A DNA stretch of 64,000 nt. Source: a virus. Where the stretch lies: positions 64,001-128,000 of IMG/VR virus record IMGVR_UViG_3300031552_000001; one strand, given 5' to 3'. Made by a program: the position numbers and the translations under genes. This document shows, one piece after another, positions 36,050-46,260 of the stretch (within the stretch, counting starts at the first letter, position 1; each line of letters opens with the position of its first letter). The notes below the pieces were generated by a model. That model had not been told where the DNA came from and made no database searches. It saw only the letters and a program-made list of their open reading frames with translations.

Positions 36050-36476
36050 CATTGATTGGACAAAACTTGTAGTAGTTACTGCATTGCACGGAGAGAAGTG
36101 TTTAGGGTGGCTACCAGAGGAGATAAAAGACCCAAAAGCTTACCTCGAAGAGAAGGTCACTAAAGGCGAGCCGATAGTCCTACACGAGGCCAGAAACCTC
36201 ATAGGGCAGGTTAGCCCTAGTTACGACCAATCCACGGGTAAACTTATGGGAATAGGAAGAATGATCCTTTTAACGCCGTTTGACGCGCTAATAGGACCGC
36301 TCCCTTCTCTCTTTCTGATTCCTTCCACTTGGTACTTTCCCGGAGAGTTTGAACACGTAAGGGCCAAAGTAGAAGGCCTATTGCGCCAAGCTGTAGAGTT
36401 TGAGACCAGTCTAGCTGCTGCTGAAGCCGGGATTATACGCCCCGTTTCTGGCATCGAACCTAGGGGGCTTCAGTGA
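36042..36476 (+). CDS. Hypothetical protein
   Basis: 144 aa; GAGGAG upstream; overlaps the helicase stop. Confidence 0.65.
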   Translation: MSDIDWTKLVVVTALHGEKCLGWLPEEIKDPKAYLEEKVTKGEPIVLHEARNLIGQVSPSYDQSTGKLMGIGRMILLTPFDALIGPLPSLFLIPSTWYFPGEFEHVRAKVEGLLRQAVEFETSLAAAEAGIIRPVSGIEPRGLQ

Positions 36477-37252
36477 CCGAATCTTCTCTCGTTCCTTGGA
36501 CTCCTGAGTGGAAAGAGGAGAAGCTTTTTCATTTGTACGAACAATGGAAGCATTGCGATAGCTGCCCTATAAGCCAGGTAAGAAATAACATCGTATTTGG
36601 AATGGGCAATGCTGACGCCCGAATAATGTTCATCGGAGAGGCTCCTGGAGAAGAAGAAGACAAACAAGGGGAGCCTTTTTGCGGGGCGTCGGGTCAGCTA
36701 TTTAGGGCTTTGCTCGAGCAGGCGCGTATTTCTTGGAAAGACATCTACGTCACCAACGTTATCAGTTGTAGGCCTGTAGACGAAAATGGAAAGAACCGAG
36801 ACCCTTCCATAGCAGAGAGGAATGCATGCCTCCCTAGAGTACACGAGATAATTTACATTGTGGACCCCTGGTTCATAGTGCCTGTAGGTAAAATTGCCCT
36901 GAAGGCATTAGCCAAAGGAAGAGATTGGGGTATTCTAGAACACAGAAGTCGCGTGTTTAGCGCCCCTCATGCTTCTGCCAGATTGGTTGGCGACAGAAAT
37001 AGCGCAGAAATTCAAGGAAGAGTTTTTCCCCGTAAGGATACAGAAAAAAGGGTAGTTAACCTAGAGTACGACCTCATACCGATACTTCACCCAGCTTACC
37101 TTCTAAGAGAAGATAGCTATGACGAAAAGAAGAAGAGGTTTCCTTCGGACGGCATAACTCAAAAAACGTTCGAAGATCTAAAGAAGATTAAGAAGTATCT
37201 GCTGTCTCTTGAAGAGGAGTATACCTCAGTGCCGAGGTTCAACTTACCATAA
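36473..37252 (+). CDS. udg: Uracil-DNA glycosylase, family 4 (Fe-S type)
   Basis: [39 protein letters not shown]. Confidence 0.92.
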   Translation: MTESSLVPWTPEWKEEKLFHLYEQWKHCDSCPISQVRNNIVFGMGNADARIMFIGEAPGEEEDKQGEPFCGASGQLFRALLEQARISWKDIYVTNVISCRPVDENGKNRDPSIAERNACLPRVHEIIYIVDPWFIVPVGKIALKALAKGRDWGILEHRSRVFSAPHASARLVGDRNSAEIQGRVFPRKDTEKRVVNLEYDLIPILHPAYLLREDSYDEKKKRFPSDGITQKTFEDLKKIKKYLLSLEEEYTSVPRFNLP

Positions 37253-37261
37253 GGTGAGACA

Positions 37262-37807
37262 ATGATCAGACCATCAATTAGAGTAGCCCCTAAACCTGTT
37301 AGAGAGCCTAAAGGCTTACCTAAACCCAAATCGAGGGTAAAAGAAGAAACCCCTGGACATGCCTTAGCTGAAAAAGCGGTAGAGGAGTTTGAAAATCAAA
37401 GAAGAGTGCTTTCTGAGATGAAAGAGGACTGGGCTGCTAACTTTCCAGAAGCTAATGAGGCCTATCAAGATATACTTCGACAAGAAGACGTTGTTATGGA
37501 GGCCCTTTCGGCCGCTAAAGTTCTAGTAGCTGAGATAAAAACCAGCATTGGAGAGTTCAAAGCAACCAGGAAGTTCGAAAAACCTCATTACGACAAAAAA
37601 GAAGTCAAAAACATTTTAGCTTCCCTAGAAAACAAAGTGGCTATCTTAGAGGATTTATTCGAAAGTGGAATCGTATCCTCAGTAGAGTTTGACCGCGAGG
37701 CCTCCCTTGCGTGGTTTGCACAACGTCCCTCTTATTCGGAGATATTCAAACCCGCGTTTACGGAAGAGAACGAAAAGTCTTGCGCGGTCTCTGTACCGAA
37801 AATTTGA
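37262..37807 (+). CDS. Hypothetical protein, basic Pro-rich N-terminus
   Basis: 181 aa in the operon. Confidence 0.7.
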   Translation: MIRPSIRVAPKPVREPKGLPKPKSRVKEETPGHALAEKAVEEFENQRRVLSEMKEDWAANFPEANEAYQDILRQEDVVMEALSAAKVLVAEIKTSIGEFKATRKFEKPHYDKKEVKNILASLENKVAILEDLFESGIVSSVEFDREASLAWFAQRPSYSEIFKPAFTEENEKSCAVSVPKI

Positions 37808-37812
37808 GTCTT

Positions 37813-38310
37813 ATGAAAAACAACATCTCTGAAGTCTTTGACGTTGGGATGTTGGACTGTGTGGTGCGTCACAGGAGCTGGAATATAGATCTGGGAAGCA
37901 CAAGAGCCACAAGAAACCAACACCTACACACATCTATACCGGAGAACATCATGTCTGCATTAGAAGAACACCTAGGAGACGGTTTAGCGAAAGTAACCGT
38001 AGGGTGCGAACTAGCGCACAACAAAGAATTTGGGTGCAAAGCGCAATCCTTCGTCAGCGTGTCTGTAACTTGCGGAAATAACGAACACGACATTAACGCC
38101 GTGCATGGAATAGTCCAATCTCTAGCCCGACAACTAACGAATACCGACTTAGAGGCTATGAAGCTAGACCGAGATGCTCATATGACAGGCTCAGCAACTA
38201 CCGCACGGGTGTCTTCCCCCCCAGGAGGACGCGTGTCCTCTCCACCTAAAGCGCAGGGTCCTGCCCTTACGGCTAAAGCGGAAGTTAATAGACCTTCCTT
38301 CCGGAGGTGA
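37813..38310 (+). CDS. Hypothetical protein
   Basis: The track ORF starts at 37711; the ATG at 37813 avoids overlap with the upstream gene. Confidence 0.6.
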   Translation: MKNNISEVFDVGMLDCVVRHRSWNIDLGSTRATRNQHLHTSIPENIMSALEEHLGDGLAKVTVGCELAHNKEFGCKAQSFVSVSVTCGNNEHDINAVHGIVQSLARQLTNTDLEAMKLDRDAHMTGSATTARVSSPPGGRVSSPPKAQGPALTAKAEVNRPSFRR

Positions 38311-38654
38311 CAATGTACGTAAGAACGGATAGTGATCACACCGCAATAGATTCAATAGAGGCTGTTGAAGGTAGTTTCGAATACAGGCCAGGTATGCGCT
38401 CAGTGCCTTTAGTAGAGGTTACTATGATGTATGCCAATAGTGCTACTAAAGTCACGTATGGCACGTGCCCTGTTAACTCGTTCAGCCTTAAAACTTTAGA
38501 GGCTCTTCTGGAGTTTATCCGCTGTGCTGAGCAAGACTTTGGAGAAGCTGTGTTTCGGGGCGGAACACTTGGCGCCTCCGGCTCTATAGCATCTCAAGAA
38601 GGAGCTGAATCTAATGAAGGGCTGCCCAAAGGTCTAGGAGAGGGGGGCTCTTAA
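38307..38654 (+). CDS. Hypothetical protein
   Basis: 115 aa, coupled to both neighbours. Confidence 0.65.
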   Translation: MTMYVRTDSDHTAIDSIEAVEGSFEYRPGMRSVPLVEVTMMYANSATKVTYGTCPVNSFSLKTLEALLEFIRCAEQDFGEAVFRGGTLGASGSIASQEGAESNEGLPKGLGEGGS

Positions 38655-40249
38655 TGGCTGCACTAGAAGACCGCGTGCTGACCAAAATACTCACTAGCAG
38701 ATCTTTAGAACTAGCCCTAAAAAGAGGATTAACAGAAGAACATTTCCTAAATCCAGAATCAAAAATCATATACAGGTTTCTACGACAACACTGGTTTGAC
38801 CCAAAGACTTGTGGAGAGCTCCCAACCATAGAAAGAGTTAGGCAAAGGTGGCCCGCCTTTACGCTTACGGCTACCACCATAATGGAAGAAGGGGGCCTGT
38901 CTACTCTCATAGATGACCTAAAAATGAAGTCGTTCGAATCCGACGCATGGGCCATGTCGGACTATTATCGAGAACTCCTCGATGAGGACCCGGTAAACGC
39001 TGTACGGGTAATGAAAAAACACTTCTTGGAAATGGAGGCTAAGCTAAATACTTCAAGTAACTACGAAGGTATGGGGCTGCAAAGCATACTAACTATGGCC
39101 AAGGAGCACTACAAAGGCGCTCAAAACGGCTCCATTTACGGAATACCTTGGCCATGGGAATGTTTGACCAATGACACTCTTGGTAAGCGAGCAGGGGATT
39201 TCACCGTATTTTACGGTAGAATGAAGTCTCTTAAAACTTGGGTCTTACTTTATTGCGCTATCGTAGACTACTTGTTCCACAACAAACGAGTGCTAATATG
39301 GTCCCGAGAAATGTCACCCGAGAAGCTGGGGCTGCGCGTCGCTTCTTTGCTGTCTGGAGTAGATTATCAGCTTTTTAAGAAAGGCCTGTTGCCTCCTAAA
39401 ATAAGAGACAGGTGCTTCCTTGCTTTAGAGTCTCTTGTAGCGGGCAGACCTCTTCACGACATTGGAAAGGGGGGCGATTTTTCTACTCGAGACCTTCGCA
39501 TACTATCTGGCAGACAGGCTCCCCACACTCTAGACGGGTTAAAGAAAGAAGTAGATGAGTTCGAGCCCCACGTTATTTACTTAGACAGCTTCTACCACTT
39601 GGACACGGAAAAGTCTTTAAAGACAAATCAAAGATGGCAGAGAGTGGCTGTAATAGCCGAAGACGTAAAGTCCTACGCTGAAACCGCTGGGCTACCCATA
39701 GTAGCAGTACACCAGGCCAACAGAGCGGGAGAGAAAACATACGGCAATACATTAGCAGACCTAGCAGATGCAGATGTTATTGCCCGAGAAGCGGACCTTA
39801 TCATTAGAATATTGAAGCCTCCAGGAGCTCCCCGAGAGCTTTACGAAGAAGAATACGAGGAAGAGATAGCTCGGCTTTTGAAGGCAAAAGCTAAACCTAA
39901 ACTCCCTGTTGGCGTTCGCCGTCCAAAACTCAGGCTAAGAGAAGAACATATGGAAGACGACATAATGCTAGACAGAATTGCGCAACATGCTGGGAATCCT
40001 AGAGTAGGAAGCGAGCTTGCTCTAGTAATGGGAGGAAACAGAGAAGGCACCTTAGAGGCTTTCATAATCAAAGCGATTCCTGCCTACAACTTTAGTTTGA
40101 TAACGGATTCTCCCGATATGAGTAGAATAAAAGACTGGGTAAAAGCCGACGATGCTAAAGACGACACGTCTGTCATAAAAGGCAAGAAAGATAAGCCCGC
40201 GGATACGGCAGCTTGGGGGAAGGCGCTGGCTGAATCAGGTATCAAATGA
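38654..40249 (+). CDS. dnaB: DnaB-like (SF4) replicative helicase
   Basis: GIPWPW..L, deviant Walker A YGRMKSLKT, WSREM, IYLDSFY, VAVHQANR, D...EAD; adjacent to primase. Confidence 0.8.
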   Translation: MAALEDRVLTKILTSRSLELALKRGLTEEHFLNPESKIIYRFLRQHWFDPKTCGELPTIERVRQRWPAFTLTATTIMEEGGLSTLIDDLKMKSFESDAWAMSDYYRELLDEDPVNAVRVMKKHFLEMEAKLNTSSNYEGMGLQSILTMAKEHYKGAQNGSIYGIPWPWECLTNDTLGKRAGDFTVFYGRMKSLKTWVLLYCAIVDYLFHNKRVLIWSREMSPEKLGLRVASLLSGVDYQLFKKGLLPPKIRDRCFLALESLVAGRPLHDIGKGGDFSTRDLRILSGRQAPHTLDGLKKEVDEFEPHVIYLDSFYHLDTEKSLKTNQRWQRVAVIAEDVKSYAETAGLPIVAVHQANRAGEKTYGNTLADLADADVIAREADLIIRILKPPGAPRELYEEEYEEEIARLLKAKAKPKLPVGVRRPKLRLREEHMEDDIMLDRIAQHAGNPRVGSELALVMGGNREGTLEAFIIKAIPAYNFSLITDSPDMSRIKDWVKADDAKDDTSVIKGKKDKPADTAAWGKALAESGIK

Positions 40250-41304
40250 GTGTTTTGGGTTTAGCTGATTCTATCGCCCAACAATACTTAAGAAGAGTAA
40301 GGATAAAGAGCGAATTCATTTCTGCTGTATGCCCCTTTCATAAAGAAGGCACAGAATCACATCCGTCCTTTTGGGTTAATCGACAAACAGGTCATTGGGG
40401 TTGCTTTACCTGCGAGGCTCATGGAGGGGGTCTTAAATGGCTACTCAAAGACCTGGGCGTAGGCACTGCGGGCTTTGCAGAAAGGCTGAAAGAGGCAGAA
40501 AAGCAGGCAAGCAAGACCGCCGATCTAGAAAAAAGCCGAACCAGAAGGAAAAATAAGAAGTCTTTTGCAGGAGAGTATACACTGCCAGACGCGCTTTTGG
40601 GGGTATTTGATTTCCTTCCTTTAGACTTAGTGGATGCTGGCTTCGACAAAAAAATCCTTAAAGAATATGACGTCGGATACGACCGTAGAAATAACCGCAT
40701 CACTTTCCCCATAAGGGATCTGTTTGGGAACCTTGTAGGTATCTCAGGCAGAGCTACTTTGATAGGGGACGAGCCGAAGTACCTAGTCTATAACGGCAAG
40801 AGGGTGCTTGACGGAAAAGAAACCATGGGGGAGCTTGGAGAATGGTACCCGGAGTATAGCAATGAGAGTGTACGAGATAACTTATGGGGTATGGATAAGC
40901 GCTACAACGCGCTTCTAAATAACGAGAGCGGAGAAGAGTACCTGATAGTAGTCGAAGGATATAAAGCGGCTTTATGGTTAATACAGCATAGGTGGATAAA
41001 TACAGTGGCTCTTATGGGGTCTAGAATGTCTCCGTGCCAAGAAAGAATAATACGGAAGCTAGGTGTGCCCGTTTTCGTATTGCTGGACAATAACCTCCCT
41101 GGAAGAGAAGGAAGCCGAAATATATGTCAGAGGCTCGCAGTAAGTACCTTTCCAGTGTATGAGGTTCGTTACGATCGGGACTGTGAAAGCAGTACCCAAC
41201 CAGATGACCTTGACGAAGAGGAAATCACAAAGGCGCTCAACAGTGCAATCAGAGTTGGAGGAAGAAGCTATGCAAGAACAAGAAAAAAGCACTCAACAGT
41301 ATGA
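40246..41304 (+). CDS. dnaG: DNA primase (CHC2 Zn finger + TOPRIM)
   Basis: CPFHKE...PSF...WGCFTC; RITFPIRD..G..VGISGR; KYL; VVEGY; LLDNN. Confidence 0.9.
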   Translation: MSVLGLADSIAQQYLRRVRIKSEFISAVCPFHKEGTESHPSFWVNRQTGHWGCFTCEAHGGGLKWLLKDLGVGTAGFAERLKEAEKQASKTADLEKSRTRRKNKKSFAGEYTLPDALLGVFDFLPLDLVDAGFDKKILKEYDVGYDRRNNRITFPIRDLFGNLVGISGRATLIGDEPKYLVYNGKRVLDGKETMGELGEWYPEYSNESVRDNLWGMDKRYNALLNNESGEEYLIVVEGYKAALWLIQHRWINTVALMGSRMSPCQERIIRKLGVPVFVLLDNNLPGREGSRNICQRLAVSTFPVYEVRYDRDCESSTQPDDLDEEEITKALNSAIRVGGRSYARTRKKHSTV

Positions 41305-42472
41305 TTCATGGGACGATGATCTTAGAGAGCATCAACAATCCCAACACAAACCTGGCGGGAAAAAATACGGGTTCTTCTGGAAGCTTTCAGAAACCCCCGT
41401 TAAATTTCACCCCGTGCTACCAGAACCGCTCTACACTCACCCCACAAGCGGGAGGAAACACCCCTTCCGAACAGGATTTCGGCACTTTGTTCCTGGAAGA
41501 GGGAAAGCGTCCGGTACTTATGTGGAATGCGCATACGAACGGGACAAAACTTCTCCGTGTGTCGTACACGCCTATGCATATCCTGAACTGTATAATCTTA
41601 CTAACGTGAAAAGAGACGCAGCACTCGCAGATTGTAAAGCAAACCCGTACTTCGCTATTGGCGGTTTCGTAGAAGAAGAATTTCACCTTGTCGTAGAAAA
41701 AGAAAACGGTAAAGAATATAATAGGCGGGTTTTATGTACAGGTAGAGGGTGTGAAGAATGTCAAAAAGGCAGCCTTATAGTTTTTGGCAAAAAGGGTTTT
41801 TTGGAGATGAGCCCTAGCCAGTGGCAACAGTCGCTTCACCCATGCAACAAGCAAATAGAAAATAGCTTTTGCGCCTGCGGAGGAGACTTATTCGTATCGT
41901 GCTTCTGCTGCACAAATTGCGGGAAGGTAATTTTGGACGTTAGCCTCGCCTGCGACCGATGCAACGGCCAGAACCTGTCAATAGATGTAGAAAGCAAGCA
42001 AGTAACCTGCATGGATTGCCAACGAAGCTGGTCTGCCCTGTACACAGAACACAAGCAGATTTACGAAGAGAGCCTAGACGTTCATAAATGCAAGGATTGC
42101 GGGCATGAGGGGTTCTTACGAGCCGAGAGGTTCTGTTCACAAGAGGGATGCAAAGGCTTCCCTATGTCTATTTTCGATGCTCAGATAACGCTGCATAAAA
42201 GTGGCGAGAAGACAAGTACTAAAGTGTTTGTGGACACGTACTCTATTCAGCCATTAGACGAAAGATTGTTCCTTCCTGAATTTCAAGGCAATGACGAAAT
42301 AGCGTCCAAAATAGTGGAAGCACATAAGAAGGCCTTGAATCTAGAGTACCTGCTTCAGCCAAAAAACATCGAAGACCAGTGTCATGATTTAGGACGACCA
42401 AACCCGTTTACGTCCCAATCAAGGGCTCAAAGCTTTGCTCGTTACGACGGCGAAGGTTCGTCTGGAACGTAG
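41270..42472 (+). CDS. Cys-rich protein, possibly an ssDNA-binding/annealing protein
   Basis: Lies between primase and polymerase. It has aromatic-rich N-terminal strands and at least five CxxC pairs. The ATG at 41270 follows GGAGG. Confidence 0.55.
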   Translation: MQEQEKSTQQYDSWDDDLREHQQSQHKPGGKKYGFFWKLSETPVKFHPVLPEPLYTHPTSGRKHPFRTGFRHFVPGRGKASGTYVECAYERDKTSPCVVHAYAYPELYNLTNVKRDAALADCKANPYFAIGGFVEEEFHLVVEKENGKEYNRRVLCTGRGCEECQKGSLIVFGKKGFLEMSPSQWQQSLHPCNKQIENSFCACGGDLFVSCFCCTNCGKVILDVSLACDRCNGQNLSIDVESKQVTCMDCQRSWSALYTEHKQIYEESLDVHKCKDCGHEGFLRAERFCSQEGCKGFPMSIFDAQITLHKSGEKTSTKVFVDTYSIQPLDERLFLPEFQGNDEIASKIVEAHKKALNLEYLLQPKNIEDQCHDLGRPNPFTSQSRAQSFARYDGEGSSGT

Positions 42473-42473
42473 C

Positions 42474-42761
42474 ATGGGTTGGACCAAGCATCCTGGGACG
42501 GTTAATTCTTACAGGAACGCTAGGTCGCAGGCATACGCCGACATCAAAAAGTTATCGAAGCGCCTTCGAGTAGAGCTGGAAGATCCCAGCGACATTCACG
42601 GAGCCGAGCTTTACTCGTTGGCGTATGCTTTGCATAGCGAGCTAAGAAGGTTTGTCTGGTTTAGGCGGGCAGTTGGAGGGCACGAATGGGTAGATACTCG
42701 CCCTTTTGTGAATCTTTTACTGGAATCGTTTCCACAATTCAAATGGAGCGTGCATGTTTAA
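42474..42761 (+). CDS. Hypothetical protein
   Basis: In-frame ATG at 42474, right after the previous stop. Confidence 0.55.
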   Translation: MGWTKHPGTVNSYRNARSQAYADIKKLSKRLRVELEDPSDIHGAELYSLAYALHSELRRFVWFRRAVGGHEWVDTRPFVNLLLESFPQFKWSVHV

Positions 42762-45078
42762 ACTTGTTCCTCCTCCTGTATACATAGATACCGACGAAAG
42801 GGCTCAGGATCTTCTTCATACGTCGTTGAGGAAAGTAAAAGAAGAGCCCAAAAGCCTCATTGGTTTTGATACTGAAACTCACGGTAAGAAGATTCCCATC
42901 AAAATGGGCACGAAATGCCCTTTAGACTGGATGTCGGATACCGTAACCTTCTGGTCTTTGTCCTTTAGATACAGAGGCGAGCCTTTCCGTTTTTGTATAC
43001 TAGGAGAATACCTACAGTACTTCTCAAGTCTACTAGAGAACCCTGAAGCGTGGCTTGCCTGCTGGAACGCTAAATACGACGCCCACGTGTCATACAACAG
43101 CGGCATAAATATTTGGAACGCAAACGTAATCGACGGCTTAGCGCTAGCAGGACTTCACGACGAGAACAAAAAGCAAAGGGGTTTAAAGGTCTGCGCACGA
43201 GATTGGGCAGGCTTGTCCATGACGAAATATCAGGACCTCTTTCCAAACAGAGATAAATTCGGAAGGAAAATAAAGGAATTCGAAACCTCATTGTTAGACC
43301 TAGTAGAAGACGGGTACGCTGAGCAGGTAGCTGATTACGCATCCTACGACGCGTTTTGCCATTTAGAAACAGTTGAGTGGGTAATCGCTCGTCTTCAAAA
43401 TACCCTCATAGACGCTGATTATAGTTTGTGGGATTACTACTTGAGCATGGAGAAGGACGTCACCGAAGTTCTGTGGAGGATGGAACGTCGAGGCCTCTAC
43501 ATGGACTTAGACTATCTGAGGTCTCAAGTGCCTCTTATAGACGAAGAGATGCTGAAGATAGAGTCGGACATTAACAATGCAGCTAACGGCGTGATCAACA
43601 TAGGTTCTCCTGTTCAGCTTACCAAGTTTTTCTTTGGCAGCGAGATTGATGGAGGGCTAAATCTAACTCCCATAAAAATGACAAAAGGCGATAAGCCTTC
43701 TGTAGATAAAGAAGTGTTAGAGCTATTATCTAGTTCAGGTTATGACGTTGCTAAGAAAATTTTGCGGCACCGACATCTAGCTAAAACAAAAAGCACCTAC
43801 TTAACTTCTTTGATAGCGTTAGCCGAGCACTACGGGGACTGTCGCATCCACCCCAACTTCAACCAGTTTGGAGCTGCCACAGGTAGGTTTTCTACCGATT
43901 CCCCGAATAGTCAGAACTTTCCGAGGCCTGACAATGACGAATTTGGTATCCGAAAGGCTTTCATAGCTCCTCCAGGGCATAAACTGATTGTAGCTGACTA
44001 CGAACAGCTTGAAATGAGAATTATGGCTCATATGTCTGGGGACAGGTCTATGATTCAAGCCATACTGGAAGGCAAAGACTTGCACTCATTCACTGTGTCT
44101 AGAATGGTCCCTAACGTTACATATGAAGAAGTAGACGAAGCAAAAAACCAAAAGGATAAAGACAAGTCGGCCATGACAGGCGAGCAAAAACACCTGCTGC
44201 AAGCACGACAAGACAATAAAGCCATCGGTTTCGGTATTATCTACGGAGCAGGCCCGCCCAGAATAGCTCAAGCAATAGAAATCCCAGAAGAAGATATCGA
44301 GAAACGTATAAAGAGACTGACTGCTGAAGAACTGACGGCCTCTAGTGTCGACATAAAGAGGAAGAGGACTCTTAGCGGCAGAATAGAAAGAGCCATTCAA
44401 AATAATCCGCTGTTGACTCCAGAAAAAGCCACGGTCTTAGTGGCACGTCAGTCCATAGCGGCAGAAAAAATACAGGCGTACTTCGATACCTTTCCTGGTG
44501 TCTATGAGTACATGAAAGCCGTCCCTGAAGAATGTAGACAAACAATGGAATGGTCAGAAGCCTTCCACGGGGAAGCGTCCAAGCCAAAAGGTAGACCAAA
44601 AGGCTCTAATGGCGACCTTATAGATGACGGAGTCGAATACGACTGGGACATGGATTATTGGATTCCAGGTCAAACAGAAAAGCTTACCAGAACAGGTCAT
44701 TTGAAGAAGTTCGGGTATGTAAAAACCCTGTGCGGGCGATACCGGCGCTTAGAGGATATCAACCATACCAACTACCGATTCAAGTCTGAAGCAGAAAGGC
44801 AGGCAGTGAATACTACGATTCAAGGCTCTGCCGCTGACATCACTAAAGCGGCAATGCTAAGGATAGAAAAGAACCCTGAACTAAACCTTATGGGGGTGCA
44901 GCTACTTAATCAAATACACGACGAGTTAGTGCTACAAGTCCCAGAAGAAAATGCCGAAAGAGCTCTGCCTATAGTGAAAGAGTGCATGGAGCATCCATTC
45001 TCAAAGGGGAAAGAGGCTTTGGTAGTCCCTATTCCTTCCGACGCAAAAATAGTCAATTCGTGGGCAGAGGCGAAGTAG
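42754..45078 (+). CDS. polA: DNA polymerase family A (3'-5' exo + pol, no 5'-3' exo)
   Basis: Exo I GFDTET, Exo II NAKYD, Exo III YASYD; motif A ADYEQLEMR; motif B RQDNKAIGFGIIYG; motif C IHDEL. Confidence 0.96.
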   Translation: MFKLVPPPVYIDTDERAQDLLHTSLRKVKEEPKSLIGFDTETHGKKIPIKMGTKCPLDWMSDTVTFWSLSFRYRGEPFRFCILGEYLQYFSSLLENPEAWLACWNAKYDAHVSYNSGINIWNANVIDGLALAGLHDENKKQRGLKVCARDWAGLSMTKYQDLFPNRDKFGRKIKEFETSLLDLVEDGYAEQVADYASYDAFCHLETVEWVIARLQNTLIDADYSLWDYYLSMEKDVTEVLWRMERRGLYMDLDYLRSQVPLIDEEMLKIESDINNAANGVINIGSPVQLTKFFFGSEIDGGLNLTPIKMTKGDKPSVDKEVLELLSSSGYDVAKKILRHRHLAKTKSTYLTSLIALAEHYGDCRIHPNFNQFGAATGRFSTDSPNSQNFPRPDNDEFGIRKAFIAPPGHKLIVADYEQLEMRIMAHMSGDRSMIQAILEGKDLHSFTVSRMVPNVTYEEVDEAKNQKDKDKSAMTGEQKHLLQARQDNKAIGFGIIYGAGPPRIAQAIEIPEEDIEKRIKRLTAEELTASSVDIKRKRTLSGRIERAIQNNPLLTPEKATVLVARQSIAAEKIQAYFDTFPGVYEYMKAVPEECRQTMEWSEAFHGEASKPKGRPKGSNGDLIDDGVEYDWDMDYWIPGQTEKLTRTGHLKKFGYVKTLCGRYRRLEDINHTNYRFKSEAERQAVNTTIQGSAADITKAAMLRIEKNPELNLMGVQLLNQIHDELVLQVPEENAERALPIVKECMEHPFSKGKEALVVPIPSDAKIVNSWAEAK

Positions 45079-45080
45079 CT

Positions 45081-45347
45081 GTGACCATCACGGATATTAT
45101 CAATGCCGTTTCTTCGCGGCTAGATGTAGACCGAAAACTCACTGCCGGATTCGTATTTGAGGTCGTAAATGAGACGATACAGGCTCTTGAATCCGGCAAG
45201 TCAGTTAAGATCAAAGGGCTGGGCACTTTTACGTGGAAGCCGGTATCAAAACGCTCTGGAACTGGGGTTCGGTCGGGAACTTATGTGCCAGAAGGAAAAA
45301 AGTTGAAGTTCGTTCCAGCTAAAAAATTCAGAAGTAGAAGACCATAA
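45081..45347 (+). CDS. HU/IHF-like DNA-binding protein
   Basis: GTG start; VKIKGLGTF...R.G...T...LKFVPAKKF. Confidence 0.8.
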   Translation: MTITDIINAVSSRLDVDRKLTAGFVFEVVNETIQALESGKSVKIKGLGTFTWKPVSKRSGTGVRSGTYVPEGKKLKFVPAKKFRSRRP

Positions 45348-45369
45348 CTCTACACAGGAGGCTAGCATC

Positions 45370-45633
45370 ATGCCGAAAGACTGCGACAAAAAAGTACTTG
45401 TTGAGGTTTTGATATGCCCCGCTCACGGGGTTACGGCTCTTGCCATTAACCACAATATAACGACGTCTTCAAAGTGCTGCGTCCTGTGGGACGTGCAAGA
45501 CAGCTTTGTCGTAACAGCAGAAAACGTAAAAAACGCACTAAAAGATAAGGTGTCGCAGAAAGACATTACATTTTCAACAAAAGCGGCCGCGGAGCGTAAA
45601 TGTGGCTCAAAAACTAAAAAGAAACGAGGGTAA
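45370..45633 (+). CDS. Hypothetical protein
   Basis: AGGAGG ribosome-binding site; 87 aa. Confidence 0.6.
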   Translation: MPKDCDKKVLVEVLICPAHGVTALAINHNITTSSKCCVLWDVQDSFVVTAENVKNALKDKVSQKDITFSTKAAAERKCGSKTKKKRG

Positions 45634-46258
45634 AATGACTACTGATCTACAAAAAACATACTATGTTCATGCCTACGTTGGAGAAACAGGAGGACGAGCA
45701 ACGTTAGCTCTCACCCCCACCAGAAAATTTGCCACAGCTGGGGCGCCACCCACTACTGAAGTCGCTACTTTAACACCCCAGGCGTTTATGGCCACGGCAG
45801 CTTGGTGTAACCCAAACGATAGGTTTAGGTTTTGCAAAGCAAAAGGCAGAAAAATAGCTACAGGCCGTATGAACAAAAACAAGAAAGCTATACTCGTTGG
45901 AAGCTTCAACGGGACTCTTACTAGGAAAATTTTGCTGGATGCGCTTTCCTCCTTATCAGACGTTATGCAAGGAGATGAACGAGGAGCCCACTGGGAAGGA
46001 GTGCCTCGGTGGGCGCGAAATCAAACTCTGCACTTAGAAACCCCTAACAAAGAAGGAGCTACCATGAACAAATACGGGGTTGAGCTGGACGACTCTAAAG
46101 TCGATGACCTTCAAACAAAAACGGCGTCTGGGGACGGTAAGAAAAGATGTGCTTGTGGTAACGAGCTAGACGATGGAGGGGCGTGCCCGTTCCACGGTAC
46201 AGAGCCCCTGGAAAAAGCGTCTGCTGTTTCTCCTTGCAAGGATTGCGATAAGGAGTAG
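45602..46258 (+). CDS. Hypothetical protein with a probable in-frame internal start at 46064 (small Zn-finger KTAS protein)
   Basis: AAGGAG-5nt-ATG at 46064 gives MNKYGVELDD...KTASG...CAC...CPFHGTEP. Confidence 0.6.
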   Translation: MAQKLKRNEGKMTTDLQKTYYVHAYVGETGGRATLALTPTRKFATAGAPPTTEVATLTPQAFMATAAWCNPNDRFRFCKAKGRKIATGRMNKNKKAILVGSFNGTLTRKILLDALSSLSDVMQGDERGAHWEGVPRWARNQTLHLETPNKEGATMNKYGVELDDSKVDDLQTKTASGDGKKRCACGNELDDGGACPFHGTEPLEKASAVSPCKDCDKE

Positions 46259-46260
46259 CT

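Noticed and set aside
38925-38945. GTTCGAATCC T-loop-like sequence
   Set aside because: Lies in the helicase coding frame, with no cloverleaf or acceptor stem; not a tRNA.
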